In this document: positions 50,377 through 64,000 of the stretch, piece by piece
How positions within the stretch are numbered: the first letter of the stretch is position 1
Layout: every line of letters starts with the position of its first letter
Source of the DNA: Camelus ferus
Lineage: Eukaryota
Length of the DNA: 64,000 nucleotides
Assembly: GCF_009834535.1 (NCBI RefSeq)
Contig: NC_045696.1
Location: 26,166,001-26,230,000, forward strand
Direction: 5' to 3'
Position numbers and translations under genes: made by a program
The notes under the pieces: model-generated
Told to the model about the DNA's origin: nothing
What the model saw: only the letters and a program-made list of their open reading frames with translations
Database searches by the model: none

Positions 50377-52579
50377 ACTGACTTAGTTTTTCTTATATGA
50401 AAAAAAGCCTTGGCCTTTATTTCTGTTTATTAATATTATATGTCCACTATAGGGAGTTCCTAGCATGTAAAGAAATTGTACTCCTTAAAAATAATAGTAC
50501 TAATATCAAAATTGAAAGTACAGAGAGCATCATGTCAGAGAATTAATTCTCTCCAGAACAGCTACCTCCTGGTGAAAAGGGGAACTGAAAAAGACTGTAT
50601 GTTTTGATTGTGTGTATCAGAGAAATTGTAGCTGCCAGCAGCCCTCGCTCCAGGGAGAGAATTCACAGTGTGGGTTTATCCAAAGGAAGGAGAAAGGGTC
50701 ACCTCCCCTGCCTTGCTCTTGTCTGGACCTGCACTTGGCATTCTCATTCTCTCTCTCTCTCTCGGAAATGACTATATCAGCTTTAACACCAAAGAAGGGT
50801 AACATTTTAGACTGGAAAAAGCCAAACAAAAGAATCTGATTACTTTCTTGAATATTATGAGGCCAGATGTGCATTCTATTAGTCCTCTAGTTGTTTTCAA
50901 CAAAAATATTATAAGTCTAGTCATTTAGATTTGTGTCAAGAAGAAAACAGTAAGTTGGAGTGACCAGAATAAATTCCATGAAGGAAAGGATCTGAGAGAC
51001 TTTTCTTAAGAAATAGATTATGGCTAAAAAGTAAATAGTTTTTAAAAATGATTGCAATGTCAGTAGTTTATTTTAATTAAGATCTGTTGACATTTTTGGA
51101 GCCTTAACGAGTTATGTTCACTGAAAGATAGTGTCATTTAAACCTCTATTCAGATTACTGTTACATTCACTAAAATTCACTGTGCTTCCTTAAACTTTCT
51201 CTGAATTTATTTTCTATAAGTTTTCTGTCTGTCCTGAGTCACAATTTAGTGTGACTATTGTTTTCTGTTGCTCTTATAGATTTTACTCTGTTGGTTTAAA
51301 TATACTTTGCTGCCAGTTTACCAATATAGTAGCTGAGATGTATTGACTGAATTAGTGTGAATTACTAACTCTGAATTTTAAATGTTGCTTACATTCTAAC
51401 TGTAGAACCCTTTACTAAAACAAAATAATTCAGTAATAATATGTGACTCAGTAGTGTCTCATCTTCTTGTTTAAGCCGAGTATTTCACTATAAAATAACA
51501 TTTCAAAAACTTTTGAAACAGCCCTTGCTTTTACTATGGTAAATAGGAATGGATCTGAAATGCTTTCTTGGGGGTCTCTTGCCATTGAAAAGAAGATGTA
51601 CTTAACTTCCATTCAGTTCCCAGTGACAACAAGATATCTTTCTTCTTTCCTCATTTTTTGTTTTACTTTCTGTCATATCAAGCAGCTGTCATAGAAATAA
51701 CTAAGTACAGAACATTAAAAGAAGATACTTTCTTTTTTTAATTTCATGGAGTTCCACTTTTAACACAGAATAAACTTCACCTTTAGTGCTTTCCAAATGA
51801 AGGTGCTGATTTCTTTGAAGTTTCTCTCTTTACTCATAATAGCTGCACTTTTGATGAGTAGTAATTTTTGGTAGAGCCCTTCCATCTGGACCTTTGCTAT
51901 GAAGCTGTCTAAACTAGTAACGTGCTTGGGTTCAAGCTAAGTTAAATCAGGTTTTAAATGGTTATCAGTAGGATGCAAAACATAAATTTCTCAACAGTTT
52001 TTTTTTTCTCTTTTCATTCAGGAACATACATTAAATGTGAACTATTCCCCTGCATATTTATCTAGACTGTACCCACATCTTTTTCCGTCAGCTGCTTGGT
52101 GCTCACACTCCCTTACCCCTCAGCACACATTGAAGTCATTAATGAAACTAAAATGTTCCATAATAGCTCAGAACCCTTGTACTCAGTGAAAACAGATATT
52201 ATTACACTGCTATCTTTTAGCCAGAAAAGACTAAAGATGGCCTGGGAAGGCAGCTCAGACCAAGAGATCCCTGTCTCAAGTAGGGTCATGTTTATCTCTG
52301 AAGATCCTAAGGCTCTTTGGCATTCATTTTCAGGGACTTAGGCACAGACCTGGAGGTATTCCCTTGGGGCTATTTCATGATAGCTACTGGTAGCAGATCC
52401 TGTTACAGATACTACTATAGAAAGGAAATCACCATTCCCATGGTGATTATTTAACTTTTGTTTTGTAAAGTTTAGGTATGCAATCTGTAATTCCTCCTAA
52501 TTTTGTGTTAAAATAACACAAGCAGTGGAATGTTCATGAAGAAGTCTAAGTGTCTGGTTCCTAAAAATCATTCCAGAGT

Positions 52580-52795
52580 CATTTCCCCAGAAAGCCTTTC
52601 CTTTTCTTCTTGGCTGGTTGCTTATCCTTTCTGTGGATGTCCAGCATGTCCAACTTAATTTGCCTTAATCTTGCGGAACTTCATTACCTGTGTATTTTAT
52701 GCACCTCTTATTGCCTTCCCTGAATTAGACAGTAAGTTCCCTGAGGGCACAAACTCAATACTAGCATAGTGCTGGGCATAAGCTATAAACATATT
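52580..52795 (+). mobile_element. L2 3' end
   Basis: tttccccagaaagcctttcc...ttagacagtaagttccctgagggca...ctagcatagtgctgggcata. Confidence 0.75.
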
Positions 52796-54169
52796 GCCTT
52801 TGGTTATCATAATATCCAATGACCATTCACTTGTCAATTCTACCATTTCTACCATTCGTTTAGTATGATACTATTTGACAAGATGAAACATAATTCCTTC
52901 CTGAAATAAGCTTACTATATTGATGAGAAAATGTCACCCCAAATTATTCCCTCATTCTTATTATGTAGGAATTCTTAAACCAGGTTTATTCATTCATAAA
53001 TCTAATGTATTTAGAACAAAAGTTCATATTTACAAGAATCATAATTTTATGTAGTGATTTATGAGCTTGACCAGAAGCTGATTTTCCTATCTTATTTTTG
53101 AAAATTTAATTATATCCTAAGTTGAGATTGTTTTTGTATGTTTTTGAAAGTAAAATAAATGTGCATGATTCAAAATTCAAAAGTAGAAAAGAATAAACAA
53201 TAAAAATTATCTGTGAGCTCATCCAGTTGCTCCTTCCAAAGTTCTTGGTTATTCCTCCTAAAAAGGTTTTGAGTACAGAGATATGTATATAAAAGGTACA
53301 TTCATTCCTCCCTTTTTTAAACAATAGTCGATTTAGTGTATATAATTTTTTTGAACTCTTGAAAATTTCCCCTAATATGTTACGATGATCTTCTATATTC
53401 ATAACAGAAAATATCCTTATTCATTTCTATGGCTTGGTAAGTGTTGCATTATATGTCATGTACAAGCTGAGTTTTGTTTGTTACATGTTATTTTTGGAAT
53501 ACAGATTCAAAGGGCATTTACACACAAGTTATGTCCTCAAGACCATAAAAGAATATATGAGATCATGATCCATGGCAGGAGTGTCTGGCTGTTGAATCAT
53601 GTTGTTAAAGTGACTGAAGATTATTGACTTACTGTAATTGGAGTTAGCTATCTGATTTAGTTGGGTATATCCATTTCAAAAGGAAACCCAGGATTTTTGG
53701 TGTTTAATCCCTTGTGTACCTTACTTTAACCCTTTGCCATTAGGTTGGACATAAAACAATACTTAATATCAGTGACTAATGGCAGTGATTATTCAGCCTG
53801 GTGGCAAAACAAAGCAGTTCAGAAGTAATCAGGAAGATACAATCAGGTATCGCCAGAGGTGAGGGGTACTTTTTTATTTTCTTTGCTGTGACTCTCTGGA
53901 GTTTCCTCTTTGCAGTAATTTAGGTCATGTCTACATTTACTGGAAGAAAGCTTTATCTGTTACATTCTCTAAATGGTGGCACCAACTAAATCTAGTTCTT
54001 AATGAGACTTTGGAAAGAGGAATAAACTTTAGACTTTTTTTTTTTAAAGAAAGCATACATAAGACTTGTCTTTCCTTGTTTGAAGTTAGGAGTAACATTT
54101 TTGAAAATTGTCATAATCTTATTTCAAATCAATAGGTAATTGTTTTTCTCCCCAATTTGAAGATGGATG

Positions 54170-54560
54170 CAGCTAATATTTTTTGAGGACTTTGTGTTTA
54201 CCAGGTACAATTTATGAGCCCTACATATGTTAACTCTTTGAACCCCTATGAGGTAGACAGTATTAGTATCCCCACTTTACAGGACAAGAGAACTGGGGAG
54301 CAGAGAATTTAAGAAATTGTTCAAGAAAACAGTAGAACTAGGATATAGTAGAGACAGAATTTAAACAAACAAACCGACAAACAAGAAAACACAATAAATT
54401 TAGCTCCAGTACTATTTCTGTTTTTACCAATGAACTTATATAACCTCTCAGATAAGGAAATTAGTTCAGAAAGCACACAGCCATGTATCTATTAAGTGGT
54501 AAGGCCAGGGTTTGAACCTAAGTCTAAGTCCAAATCTATGTAGTCTTATTCACTATACAG
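54170..54560 (-). mobile_element. Two adjacent MIR fragments
   Basis: ccctatgaggtagacagtattagtatccccactttacag; second acacagc...taagtggtaaggccagggtttgaaccta. Confidence 0.8.
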
Positions 54561-55244
54561 AGATGGAAAAAATACAGGTACAAATAAAAATATAGATAGA
54601 GGTAAAGATATTTGAAATAGATTGTATGTTACTAAGCTAAGTGAATTTTCTCTTTGCCTTCACTGGACCAATCATAAATTCTTTGAACTGTTTAATAATT
54701 ATAGAAAGTCGTGGTCAACTATACAGTTGCTTCTGCATAGATGCCTGTAAAATCTCTACTGAAGATCTGTTCAGTGTTTGTTTAACATTCTGTGAAGTTT
54801 TCTAGGGTCATACCTTCCCAGACTGAGCATGCAGAATCAGTCAAGGTTACCATTCTTTTCTTGGTGTCACTTCTGTATTCTTTCAGGTACTTACAGTTTA
54901 TCATATGTATTTGTTAATCTGTGATGCCATCAAATTAGGTATGCTGATTTGGTTTTTGTGTCCAAAGTATGTGGCATGTTGTTGGCCCTTGGTAGACATG
55001 CAATGAAAACACTGAAAAATTGATGATCCTTATACTGTCCTAAATTTGTCTAACTTTGCTTATCTGTAATGAATTTGAGCTATGTAATTTGAAAAATGTG
55101 ATGGTTTTCGATAAAGTAAAATGTGAAATATCTTTGTATGTTCTTGGTTTGGATAAAAGTTTTTTTTTTAAATAGTAGCTTAAATGCTTTTTATCTCTCA
55201 TCACCATATGTGAATCAATCCTTTTATGCCTCTGAACTCTGGTA

Positions 55245-55761
55245 CAGGCGTACCTTGGAGATAGATACTCTGGTTGGTTCTAGATTACCAGAATAAAATG
55301 AATATTGTAACAAAGCATGTCATGCAAATTTCACAGTGCTTATAAAAGTTATGTATGTACTATAGTGTATATTTTGGTCTATTAAGTGTACAATAATATT
55401 ATGTCTAAAAAAAAAGAATATATGTACCTTAATTAAAAAATACTTGATTACTTAAAAAAGAAATGCTAACCATCATCTGAGACTTCAGGGAGTTGTAATA
55501 TTTTGCACTAATAACATCGAAGATCACTGACCACAGATCATCATAACAGATAAAATAACAATAACAAAGTTTGAAATATTGGGAGAATTACCAAAATAAA
55601 ACACAGAGACTCCTGTTGAGCAAATACTATTGGAAAAATGTTGCCAATAGATTTGCTCGACACAGGGTTGCCATAAACCTTCAATTTGGAAAAAGAAAAA
55701 AAAAAAAAGCTCAGTATATGTGAAGCTCGCTAAAGCAAAGTGCAATAAAATGAGGTATGTG
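55245..55761 (-). mobile_element. Tigger1 internal-deletion derivative (Tigger1a-type), TcMar DNA transposon
   Basis: TA then caggcgtaccttggagata at left; gcaataaaatgaggtatg at right; internal gatcactgaccacagatca, gggagaattaccaaaat, ttgctcgacacagggttgcca match recalled Tigger1 ends. Confidence 0.92.
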
Positions 55762-58334
55762 CCCCATGCGCTAAAATCCCTAGTTGTGACGCTTCACCTC
55801 TTTTCAGTGCCCTCCCTCTCTCCTATGGAGCCTGTTCTTTGCTTCATCAGGATCTCTCCCTGTTCTATCCATCAGTCCCTTTCTGGCCTTGCTACTCCCA
55901 CCCTGTCCCCTAGATGACAGTCAGCTGTAGGCTCCTGTTTGGCTTTCTTGTTTTCTGGAAAGATCTGGATCCTGAGTCAACTCAGTTGTTAGCTCCTCGC
56001 CCCCCACCCCTGCCCCCCAGCAGGGCACATCATCTGTCTTCTTATCCCCAGGGAATAGCAAAGTTATTTGGATTGTCCTAAAACACTCAGGAAGGACTTA
56101 ACGAATAGTCACGTCTAAAGCATGTTTTCTGTTCCAACACACTCACTTTGAGCCTCTGTGCAGTTAGAAATGTGGAGGCTACTAAATTTATGTATGAAAC
56201 AAGGAACATTTATCAGAATAAACGTGATCAGTGAGCAATCCAAATTTGAATTTTTCCTTGTAATCAGCAGCAAGCCAAAAAAATCCTACTTTTTTGTAAG
56301 AAATCAAAATAATCCACTTTTTACTTTAAAAGCTGGAACACACTAGCACAGTGGGCTGTTTAAACTTCTTCTTACGTATCTTTCCTATTGGAGGTAAGCT
56401 GGTATGGACCTGGATGTAGCACTTCATGGAATGCTGGCCTATTGTCTTTAAACCGTCATCAGGAAGGAGTTGATTGGCGAGTTGAGGAAGACATAAGATC
56501 CAAGACCAAAATGTAACATCATGTTAAAACATTGCAGACTTTGTGAAGAAAAATTAATACAAAAGGAGAAAATGGAAGTGAAAGTATAAATAATAATGAT
56601 AAATCACAGCTGGGGATTTTTTTAGAATTCAAACACTAAAAGAATTGTTAGTGCTTTATTTTCTTACACACTCTTAAGCTCTTAGACTAAAGTGTCCCTT
56701 CTGTCTCTTTCTCTTTTTTTTGTTGTTGTCAGAGCAGTGGGTGTTACAGAGATTATTTTATTTTATCATTGAATCTTTGTGAAGATGAATGTTGCTCTCA
56801 TTCTCTCTACTGATGAGTACCATCCTGAATGGCAAGTGTGATAAACTCCCGTCTTTTGATGCCATTCCTGCATCCCCACACCAGCCCCAACTCAAAGCGA
56901 CTATGATCAGACTGTTCCTTTCCTTTTTCCCCTTGAAAAAGAGACTGGCCTTTCTCCCTATTTCTTCTTAAAGCAGACATTTAGAATACTCAAGACAGCA
57001 TTCTTACATTTCCTGTTTCCATGGAATCTACAGAAGGTTGAAAGTATCCAGGATGCCCTGTTAGCCCATAAAACCATTATCAGATTCCCAGTCTCTTGAG
57101 CTTAACTTAGATCTTCAGAAATATAATGCAGGACTGTTTTCAACAGAGAAACTCTGCATGAAGGGGCTTTTAAATGATTGCTTCTAAACTTTCAGTGTCC
57201 CTTTGATGATTTCACACTCTGACTATTTTTGCATCTTCCTGACATTTGCAGTTCCCTCGAGGCATATATTACAGTGCACACACTACCCATGGTTAGATAA
57301 TCACAAGTTTAGATATTTGTGAATGTTTAGGTTCTGAAGAAGAAAAATGACTTCAGGCAAGGATACTTGTCAACATAATCATAGAAAAACTCAGGAAATT
57401 CCATTTGCATGTATTCACATATGTGAGTAGTTAGATTTGTCTCCCTCTCATATGATTCTTATATTTTTGGCTATTGTTATTTTGTTTCTTTTGGATTGCC
57501 CCTTTCTGTTCTTTTATTTTTAAACCAAAGTAAGTTCATCATGGAAATTTTCTGATTTGTTGAGGAAGGGGTATGTGAAACTTGATGCCGTTTTAACCTG
57601 AAATTTATTTTTTCTGGAGAGAAATTTGAGGTGTCTAGGAGATTTTATTTTTCTTTATTTTTTTCCCCTTGGGATAACACGCATTAAATGCCCAAGCTAA
57701 GTTTGTCCTCGATGCTTTGAAAAGAACTCAGAATTCCTGGTGGAGTCAGATATTTCAGGCACATATCAACGAATGAACACACATTAAAATAAAGACTGTT
57801 TAGTTCTTGATCTTATCTCCTAAGTGGAGGAGTAAATGGCAAAGCTGCTGATTGAATAAAAAGTTGTGTACAGTAAGATTGAGCCTGGAAATATATGAAA
57901 AATATTACATGACATGAAAATTAGTTAAAGACATGAAAAATAATTAAAATTTCAGATTAAACTTTGTGATTAAGAATTCAGAAAATTTGATAGGCACTTT
58001 AAAAACACTTAAAATCAAAACTTATTCTAAATTATAACAGTGAAATAATAGCAAACATTCCCTTCTTTAAAAAATGTTGAAGTGTTTTTTATACTTCTTT
58101 TATTTTCATTTATTGAGAAGATACGATTTTATTGTGCCTGAGAATTTAAAATTGATGTTGGATTTTTGCTTTTCATTGTTCCTTTTTACAGATTGTTTAA
58201 TCTCCAAGTTTCTGGCTGTAGGGGAGAATAAAATAGGCAACTATTGCATATATGTTTAAAATTACAACTTTTAAAATTATATTTTATTAATTTTCACTCA
58301 ATCTGCAGCTACTTAAGCAAAAATGGTGTTGTTA

Positions 58335-58530
58335 CCACACTGTGTATAGTTGATAAGAAAGGAGATTCTGGAACCTCTAATTAATCATGTCTCCTTGGAC
58401 ACATTGTTTAACCTCAGTTTTATCATTTGTAAAATGGAGTTAATACCAGTACCTAATAAAGGGCTAAACTGAAGAGAAAATGGACAAATATGGTAAAAGT
58501 ACTTGGTACTCAGGAATCAAATAGCTATTG
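58335..58530 (+). mobile_element. MIR SINE
   Basis: ccttggacacattgtttaacctcagttttatcatttgtaaaatggagttaataccagtacct. Confidence 0.85.
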
Positions 58531-58784
58531 CTATGATTTTGCTATAGGGAAAGCTACATAGGGAGCAACTTACTCAATTCAGGAAACTAATTTTCCATAT
58601 ATTCCTTTTATTAATTTTAAAATGATTTTCTGTTTCTCATTAATGTATACATTTTATTATTTTATGTTCCTTATATGAATGGAGTGAGGACTCAGGTTTG
58701 CAATAAATACAGCCAGCTTTCAACATTATACTTGGTTTATACTGCACTAGTCTGTTCTTATTAAGTGAAATAAAAGCTCAATGT

Positions 58785-59350
58785 ATATCACCATCCAGCT
58801 ACTTCAGAGTCACATTCTAGTCCTCTCTCTCTCCCATCACATTAACCAACTGTCCAATTATATTTATTCTTCTTCTCTCAGATTTATCCACTTTTCTTCG
58901 CCATTCAACCATACTTCAGTTCAGGCTTTCCTTATCTCTTCCTAGTATTACAAACCAGTTCCAACTTCCTGATCAGTCTTTCTGTGGCTTCAAGACATTT
59001 TTAATATTGTGTTTCTAAAAAACAAACTGACAGTGTGCTAAAGATCCTAGAGTGGTGGCCAAAACTCTTCATTCTGTGCTTTTCATGTATGACCATGGTC
59101 TGCTTGTTGGCCTTACCCCACGTCAGTTCCTCCTTCTGAAACTTCATCCTTCAGTTGTACAACGCCTTTCACTTCCACCATCTTCAGCCTCTTCTTCTCC
59201 TTTATCTCAATGCTAATAATCAGGCCAGCTTTTCCGCCCAGAATTCTCCTTTGTTTTCTCTCTGTCTCTTACTTGACTGCCTAACTCTTCCAGTTCCTCT
59301 CTTTGGAGACTTAGGGCTTTATAACTTACAACTTGAAGCTTTTCCTTAGC
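58785..59350 (+). mobile_element. Degenerate L2 fragment
   Basis: caccatccagct, tcctctctctctccc, ttcaggctttccttatctct, ttctaaaaaacaaactga, aacttgaagcttttcc. Confidence 0.55.
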
Positions 59351-59431
59351 CAGCCAGAAGCTCTGCAGTTCACACTCAGGCTTGGCAGAATCCAAAATCT
59401 GTGCTCATCCAACTTCACTCTTCCCCGAGTA

Positions 59432-59565
59432 CAGTGGTTCTCAAAGTCTGATCCTTGGACCAGCAATATCAGCACCATCTGAGAACTCATTAGAAGTGCA
59501 AGAAGCTCTTCATCACCACCCCAGAAATCAGGAACTTATAATAAACCTTTATAATAAATCTTCAT
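59432..59565 (+). mobile_element. MER5A hAT MITE (partial)
   Basis: cagtggttctcaaagtctgatccttggaccagcaatatcagcaccatctgagaactcattagaagtgcaa. Confidence 0.85.
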
Positions 59566-61689
59566 AAGAAAAAAAATATATATATATCAACATTTATGAC
59601 CTTCCTATTTTATATTATGTTGTATATCTAAGATTTTTTTAAATTAATCATCACTTTTAAAGTCTTTAATCTTACATTCAGCTGTGTTGAATTTCAAGGG
59701 CTCATATTAGGACATCTCAAAGTTGGAATGAAAGTTATTTTTTTTGTTTAGGTTCCTAAAGTCAGATATATTGATTTGGATCTAAAAGCTATTAATTCAG
59801 GAACTGTCTTCTACATTTTGCCATGTGAAGAAAAGAAGACTGGGAAGATGCCACCTATGGGAAGTTTAAGATTTGGGATTCCCATTTTCTTTCCATTTGC
59901 TTCACCCCTGCTTCTTTTCAATAAAAGAAATATTTCATCCATTATATAATCTTTAATATTCTGTGGATGTTTATTACTTCAGGTCTAGTAAACTTGCATA
60001 GATGTGCTCCAATCAAATCACTGAAAAACTAGGGCTTTATTTGTGTGTGTTTGGGGAGGGAAAAGATTATATTTAGAACACTTACCTAAAAGAGTTGGAT
60101 GAAAAATTTGAGAGGTATTCCAGGAAGAATTGGCTGATTGACAAAAACAAAATACATTTTCCTGAGTGTTTTTCATGTAAAATGTGACAAAATGTTTGCA
60201 AAAACATGAATCAGGAGCCATACTACTTTTTCACATACCCTCTTTGCACATAGTCATCATAAATCTGTGTGATATTTGACAGGAAATTAGTGCTCAAATA
60301 TTTACCAAAATGCTAAAATCTAAATAGATATCAATTGAAATTCTTTAGATAGCATTTTTTATGCCAAACTGAAATACATTAATTAATCTTTCCCCAATAC
60401 TCTGATAATACTTGGTTCTCAGTGACTGTGTAATGGCTTGCACTAAAGTTATTCCCCTAAATTCTTTTCAGCAAATCCATCTCTTTCTTGATGTTGCAAT
60501 CTGTGGTGCTTACACTATTTATTTCATGCAAAACTATCTTCTAAAAACAGATTCCAAGACTATAAAGTACTACTGAGGCCCATTTCCCAGATGGATAAAC
60601 TGGTCTTCTGTTTAAACAGAAACATAAGTTCCTCTCTTCAAACTTGTAGAAACACTGGCATGATAGCTTTGTAGTCACCAGTTACTCAGAAGATTGCTTG
60701 CTGCTTGAAAATAAATACTGTGCCTTATTGGTCTGTATGTCCCTCAGCCCAGTACTTTACCTAAAACAAGTGATACTCAATAAATCCCATTTCAATTCAT
60801 AAAATAATAAATGAATAAATATAGATCTTTAAAAAATTCCATATCATATTTTGCATGCTTGTCATAGAGTCTTGAACCATAAATAAGATACAACTAAAAT
60901 TTGAGTTACGAGAATTTGAAATATAGAGATAAAGAATATGGCTATAGATTTCATTTATGGAGAAAACCTTAGTGAGCACCTTCCTCTCTTCAAAATTTTC
61001 CACAGTTTCAAAGCTGTTGAGCTTATTTACTTGTTAACTCTAAGAGACAGTTTCCATTCTCTGGTAATTAGAAACACCTGCTATGTTTTGTTAGCCTCCA
61101 GGCTCTGTGGTTTCAAATAAGGAGTTTGTTTGTTTGTTTGTTCTAAAATTATTAGAGCATCTGTGAATGATTTTAGTAGCATTGTGCTATTATTTTAACA
61201 TTCACAATTATTATTTCAAATCTTTTCAATATCCATTATAGTGGCATTCATGTGAAGTTTTAGTGGTAGCTCATGGATCTAGAAAATATATCTGGCGATA
61301 TATAACTTTGTAACAGAGTTTAGCAATCATAAAAAGCTAGGAAGGAACCTGAACACCCACCTGAGGAAGCTGTTCCTCCAGACACCTTTTATACCTACTC
61401 CAGGGGAAAATTTTACTTCCACATTCTCCTGCCTGGTGGAAGAGTGCAGACACCTTGCTGCAGAGTTAAATGATTTACCCAAAACCCACAAAAAAAGTAA
61501 GTGACACAGCCTAGAACAGAGGAATCCTGACACTCTGTCCAAGGATTTTCTATCACATCATTTCCAATCCTACATCTAAAAGTAAAATCTAACAGCAGCA
61601 GCAGCAGCAACAATACAACAAGGAAACAAAATATGAAATACTGCCGTGTAAAATAAATTTGTAAGGACAATTATATTTTATTATTCCAG

Positions 61690-61925
61690 TGGTGATGCTT
61701 ATTCAGTGCTTTCTAACGGCAAACACTGGTAAAATGCTAAACGTTTTACTTTCATTTTATTATTTTAACTTTACAGGAACAGCTCAGAGTAGGTATCAAT
61801 TTTATCCTCATTTTATTAGTTATGAAAATAGGACTTAAAAATGTTAAATAACTTTCCCTAGGTTGTATAGCCAGTAGGAATTGATTCGAAATCTGGCCTC
61901 AGAGCGTGTTCTCATAACAGAAACA
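61690..61925 (-). mobile_element. MIR SINE
   Basis: gtaggtatcaattttatcctcatttta...gttaaataactttccctaggtt...gattcgaaatctggcctcagagc. Confidence 0.8.
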
Positions 61926-62871
61926 CTAGTGAATGTTTAACAAAAAGCTGTCTCCTACAGGGAAAAAAAAAAAAAAAATCATGAAAAGCTTAATTTTCTA
62001 AAGCACAGAGTTTTCTTGAATACATGTAATTACAATTCACACTACAAAACTTTAAAAACAGAACCACTGTAGCAGCATTTCTTACAGTGTTGCATTACTT
62101 GATTTGTGCCAGCATTTGAGGGTCATGGGATGTTTTATTAAAGCATGGTGACTTAACTGTTAATACAGTTAATTTTTCCAACTAGATTATTATTTTTTAT
62201 AAGTTAGTTTTGCTTGTGCAGATGGGGAAAAATTTAAGGTCAAATTTTGAAGTATTTTTGTGTTATTTATGAAAATGAGTGAGCCTGCTCCATTGCTTGC
62301 TGCTGCCAAGCAGTCAGATGTTTATAGCAAATTAAGTTATAGCCTCTGAATATCTATCAGCAGCCCGAACTCCGCTCTCATTCTTTCACACACATGCACA
62401 TGCATGCAGACACACATTTTCCGGTGAAGGCATCATTTTACTATTTCATGTTGAACAAATGAGAATGTTTTGGGATTCCCATCCCTCCCTGTCCCCTTGC
62501 CCTCCCTCTTTCTCCCTTCCCTTCTCTCACAATTAATGCCAGGTTGTAGTTTGTACTGGGAAAGAGTGGTATGTCTTAAGTACTTTATCATACTCTTCAA
62601 TTTGTGCCCTTTTACCTCCACAGTAAATTGACTGTAAATCAAGAGGGAACTTTAATACACCAGTAAAATTCATTAAAAAATTGTCTTAAAGAGCAATGTT
62701 CTCTAAAAGCAATTTTTAAATGGAAACATAGTGTAACATTTTTAATTATAGAATGTAGAGCAAACTCAGAATTTGCTGCAGAGGTTTTTCTTTTTTTAAT
62801 TTCTTATGTACAAATTTTTTCCTCCTCCCTAGATATTTGTTACCAATTCAGTAGGCACTTGCTGCATGCTC

Positions 62872-63044
62872 CTTTTTACATTTAAATTACTAACAGTTAA
62901 ATAAAATAAAAATTTCAGTTCCTCATTTGCACTTGCCACATTTTACCTGCTCAGGAGCCACCTGTGGTTGCTGGTGAGTCTGTTAAATAGCACAGGTGGG
63001 GAACATTTCCATCATCACAGATGATGTTCTATTGGACAGTACTG
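62872..63044. mobile_element. MER33-like hAT MITE half
   Basis: aaatttcagttcctca...gccacattt...agccacctgtgg...gaacatttccatcatcacaga...gttctattggacagtactg. Confidence 0.85.
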
Positions 63045-63242
63045 CCCAAGTCAGTCAGATACTGAACTAATCAAGAAAGTCAGAGAGGATTAATCATCCT
63101 AATAGTTAGAATATAGATAACTCTTTTTTTTCTTTTTTTCCTTTCTTTTTTTCTTTTTAATTACTCTCTTTGAATAATTGAAATTTCTACCCAAAGCATT
63201 AATTATTTTTGATATTGCAGCAAGATTACATTGGCTTGTCAC

Positions 63243-63855
63243 TTTATTTTTTTAAGTCAATTATTTTTGTTGAAGTATAGTTGATTTACCATGTTGTGTC
63301 AGTTTCAGGTGTACAGCAAAAAAATTCAGTTATACGTATACATATACTTTTTCAGATGCATTTCATTATAGGTTATTACAAGATAATTAAATATAGCTCC
63401 CTGTGATATACAATAGGTCCTTATTGTTTCTCTATTTTATGTATAGTACTGTATATATGTTAATCCGAAATGCTTAATTTATCCCTCTGCTCACCCCTTT
63501 CCCCTTTGGTAATCATAGTTTGTTTTCTATGTCTGTGAGTCTATTTCTGGTTTGTAAATAAGTTCATTTGTATCTTTTTTTTAGATTCCACATATTAGTG
63601 ATATATGATATTTGTCTTTCTCTGTCTGATTTTTAACTTAATTTGATAATCTCAGGGTTCTATCCATGTTGCTGCAAATGGCAATATTTCATTCTTTTTT
63701 TGTGGCTGAGTAAAAAAAAAATACACACACACACACACACACACATATGCCACATCGTCTTTATCCATTCATCTGTCAGTATACATTCAGGTTGCTTCCA
63801 TGTTTTGGCTGTTGTAAATAGTGCTGCTGTGAACATTGGGATGCAAATACTTTTT
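63243..63855 (-). mobile_element. 5'-truncated L1 (L1_Art-type 3' end) containing a (CA)n run near 63724-63746
   Basis: ttgaagtatagttgattta...tttcaggtgtacagcaaa...ttataggttattacaagata...ccctttggtaatcatag...ttgtaaatagtgctgctgtgaacattggg. Confidence 0.92.
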
Positions 63856-64000
63856 TCTGACTTATCACTTTATATCCACATAGGTGTGTGTTTGTGATTC
63901 ACCTGAAGCTAGCATGAATACTAAGTCCAGAGGTGTGCTCCTCCAGGCCATGGCAGGACTGGATTGTGTGGTTGCCTTATATTTCATACTGTTGAATGCA

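Noticed and set aside
54851..54892. polyY-CAG|GTACTT, a second AG-GT juxtaposition
   Set aside because: Good acceptor but weak donor; such matches are common
56362..56400. polyY-GAG|GTAAGC
   Set aside because: GAG is a disfavoured acceptor and no upstream exon is evident
61593..61609. (CAG)5 repeat
   Set aside because: Too short and not in any supported exon
1..64000. CRISPR arrays, operons, tRNA/rRNA genes
   Set aside because: None seen; the sequence is mammalian repeat-rich non-coding DNA

Overview
AT-rich, CpG-poor mammalian non-coding DNA. I find no recognisable host protein-coding exon, RNA gene or CpG island; the ORFs are either L1 ORF2 remnants (38.7-41.1 kb) or appear to be chance ORFs. 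A large share of the window is old interspersed repeats: MIR, L2, MaLR LTRs (MLT1), hAT MITEs (MER5A/33/53/58), a Tigger1 derivative, an ERV1 solo LTR and several L1 fragments. All six LTRs and the younger L1s lie on the minus strand, as expected inside a long intron of a plus-strand gene (inference). The L1 3' ends look cetartiodactyl-type and no young tRNA-derived SINE is visible, so a camelid is plausible but unproven. Best leads: (1) a recursive-splice-site-like AG|GTAAGT at 22402-22409 after a 99-nt AG-free zone; (2) an L1 whose 5' tip is fused directly to ORF2, creating a candidate 108-nt chimeric antisense poison exon; (3) an 80-nt candidate cassette exon at 10511-10590; (4) co-oriented CTCF-like motifs; (5) repeat-free, enhancer-like blocks. 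Repeat subfamily names come from recalled consensus sequences and boundaries are approximate. I see no convincing new biological system.
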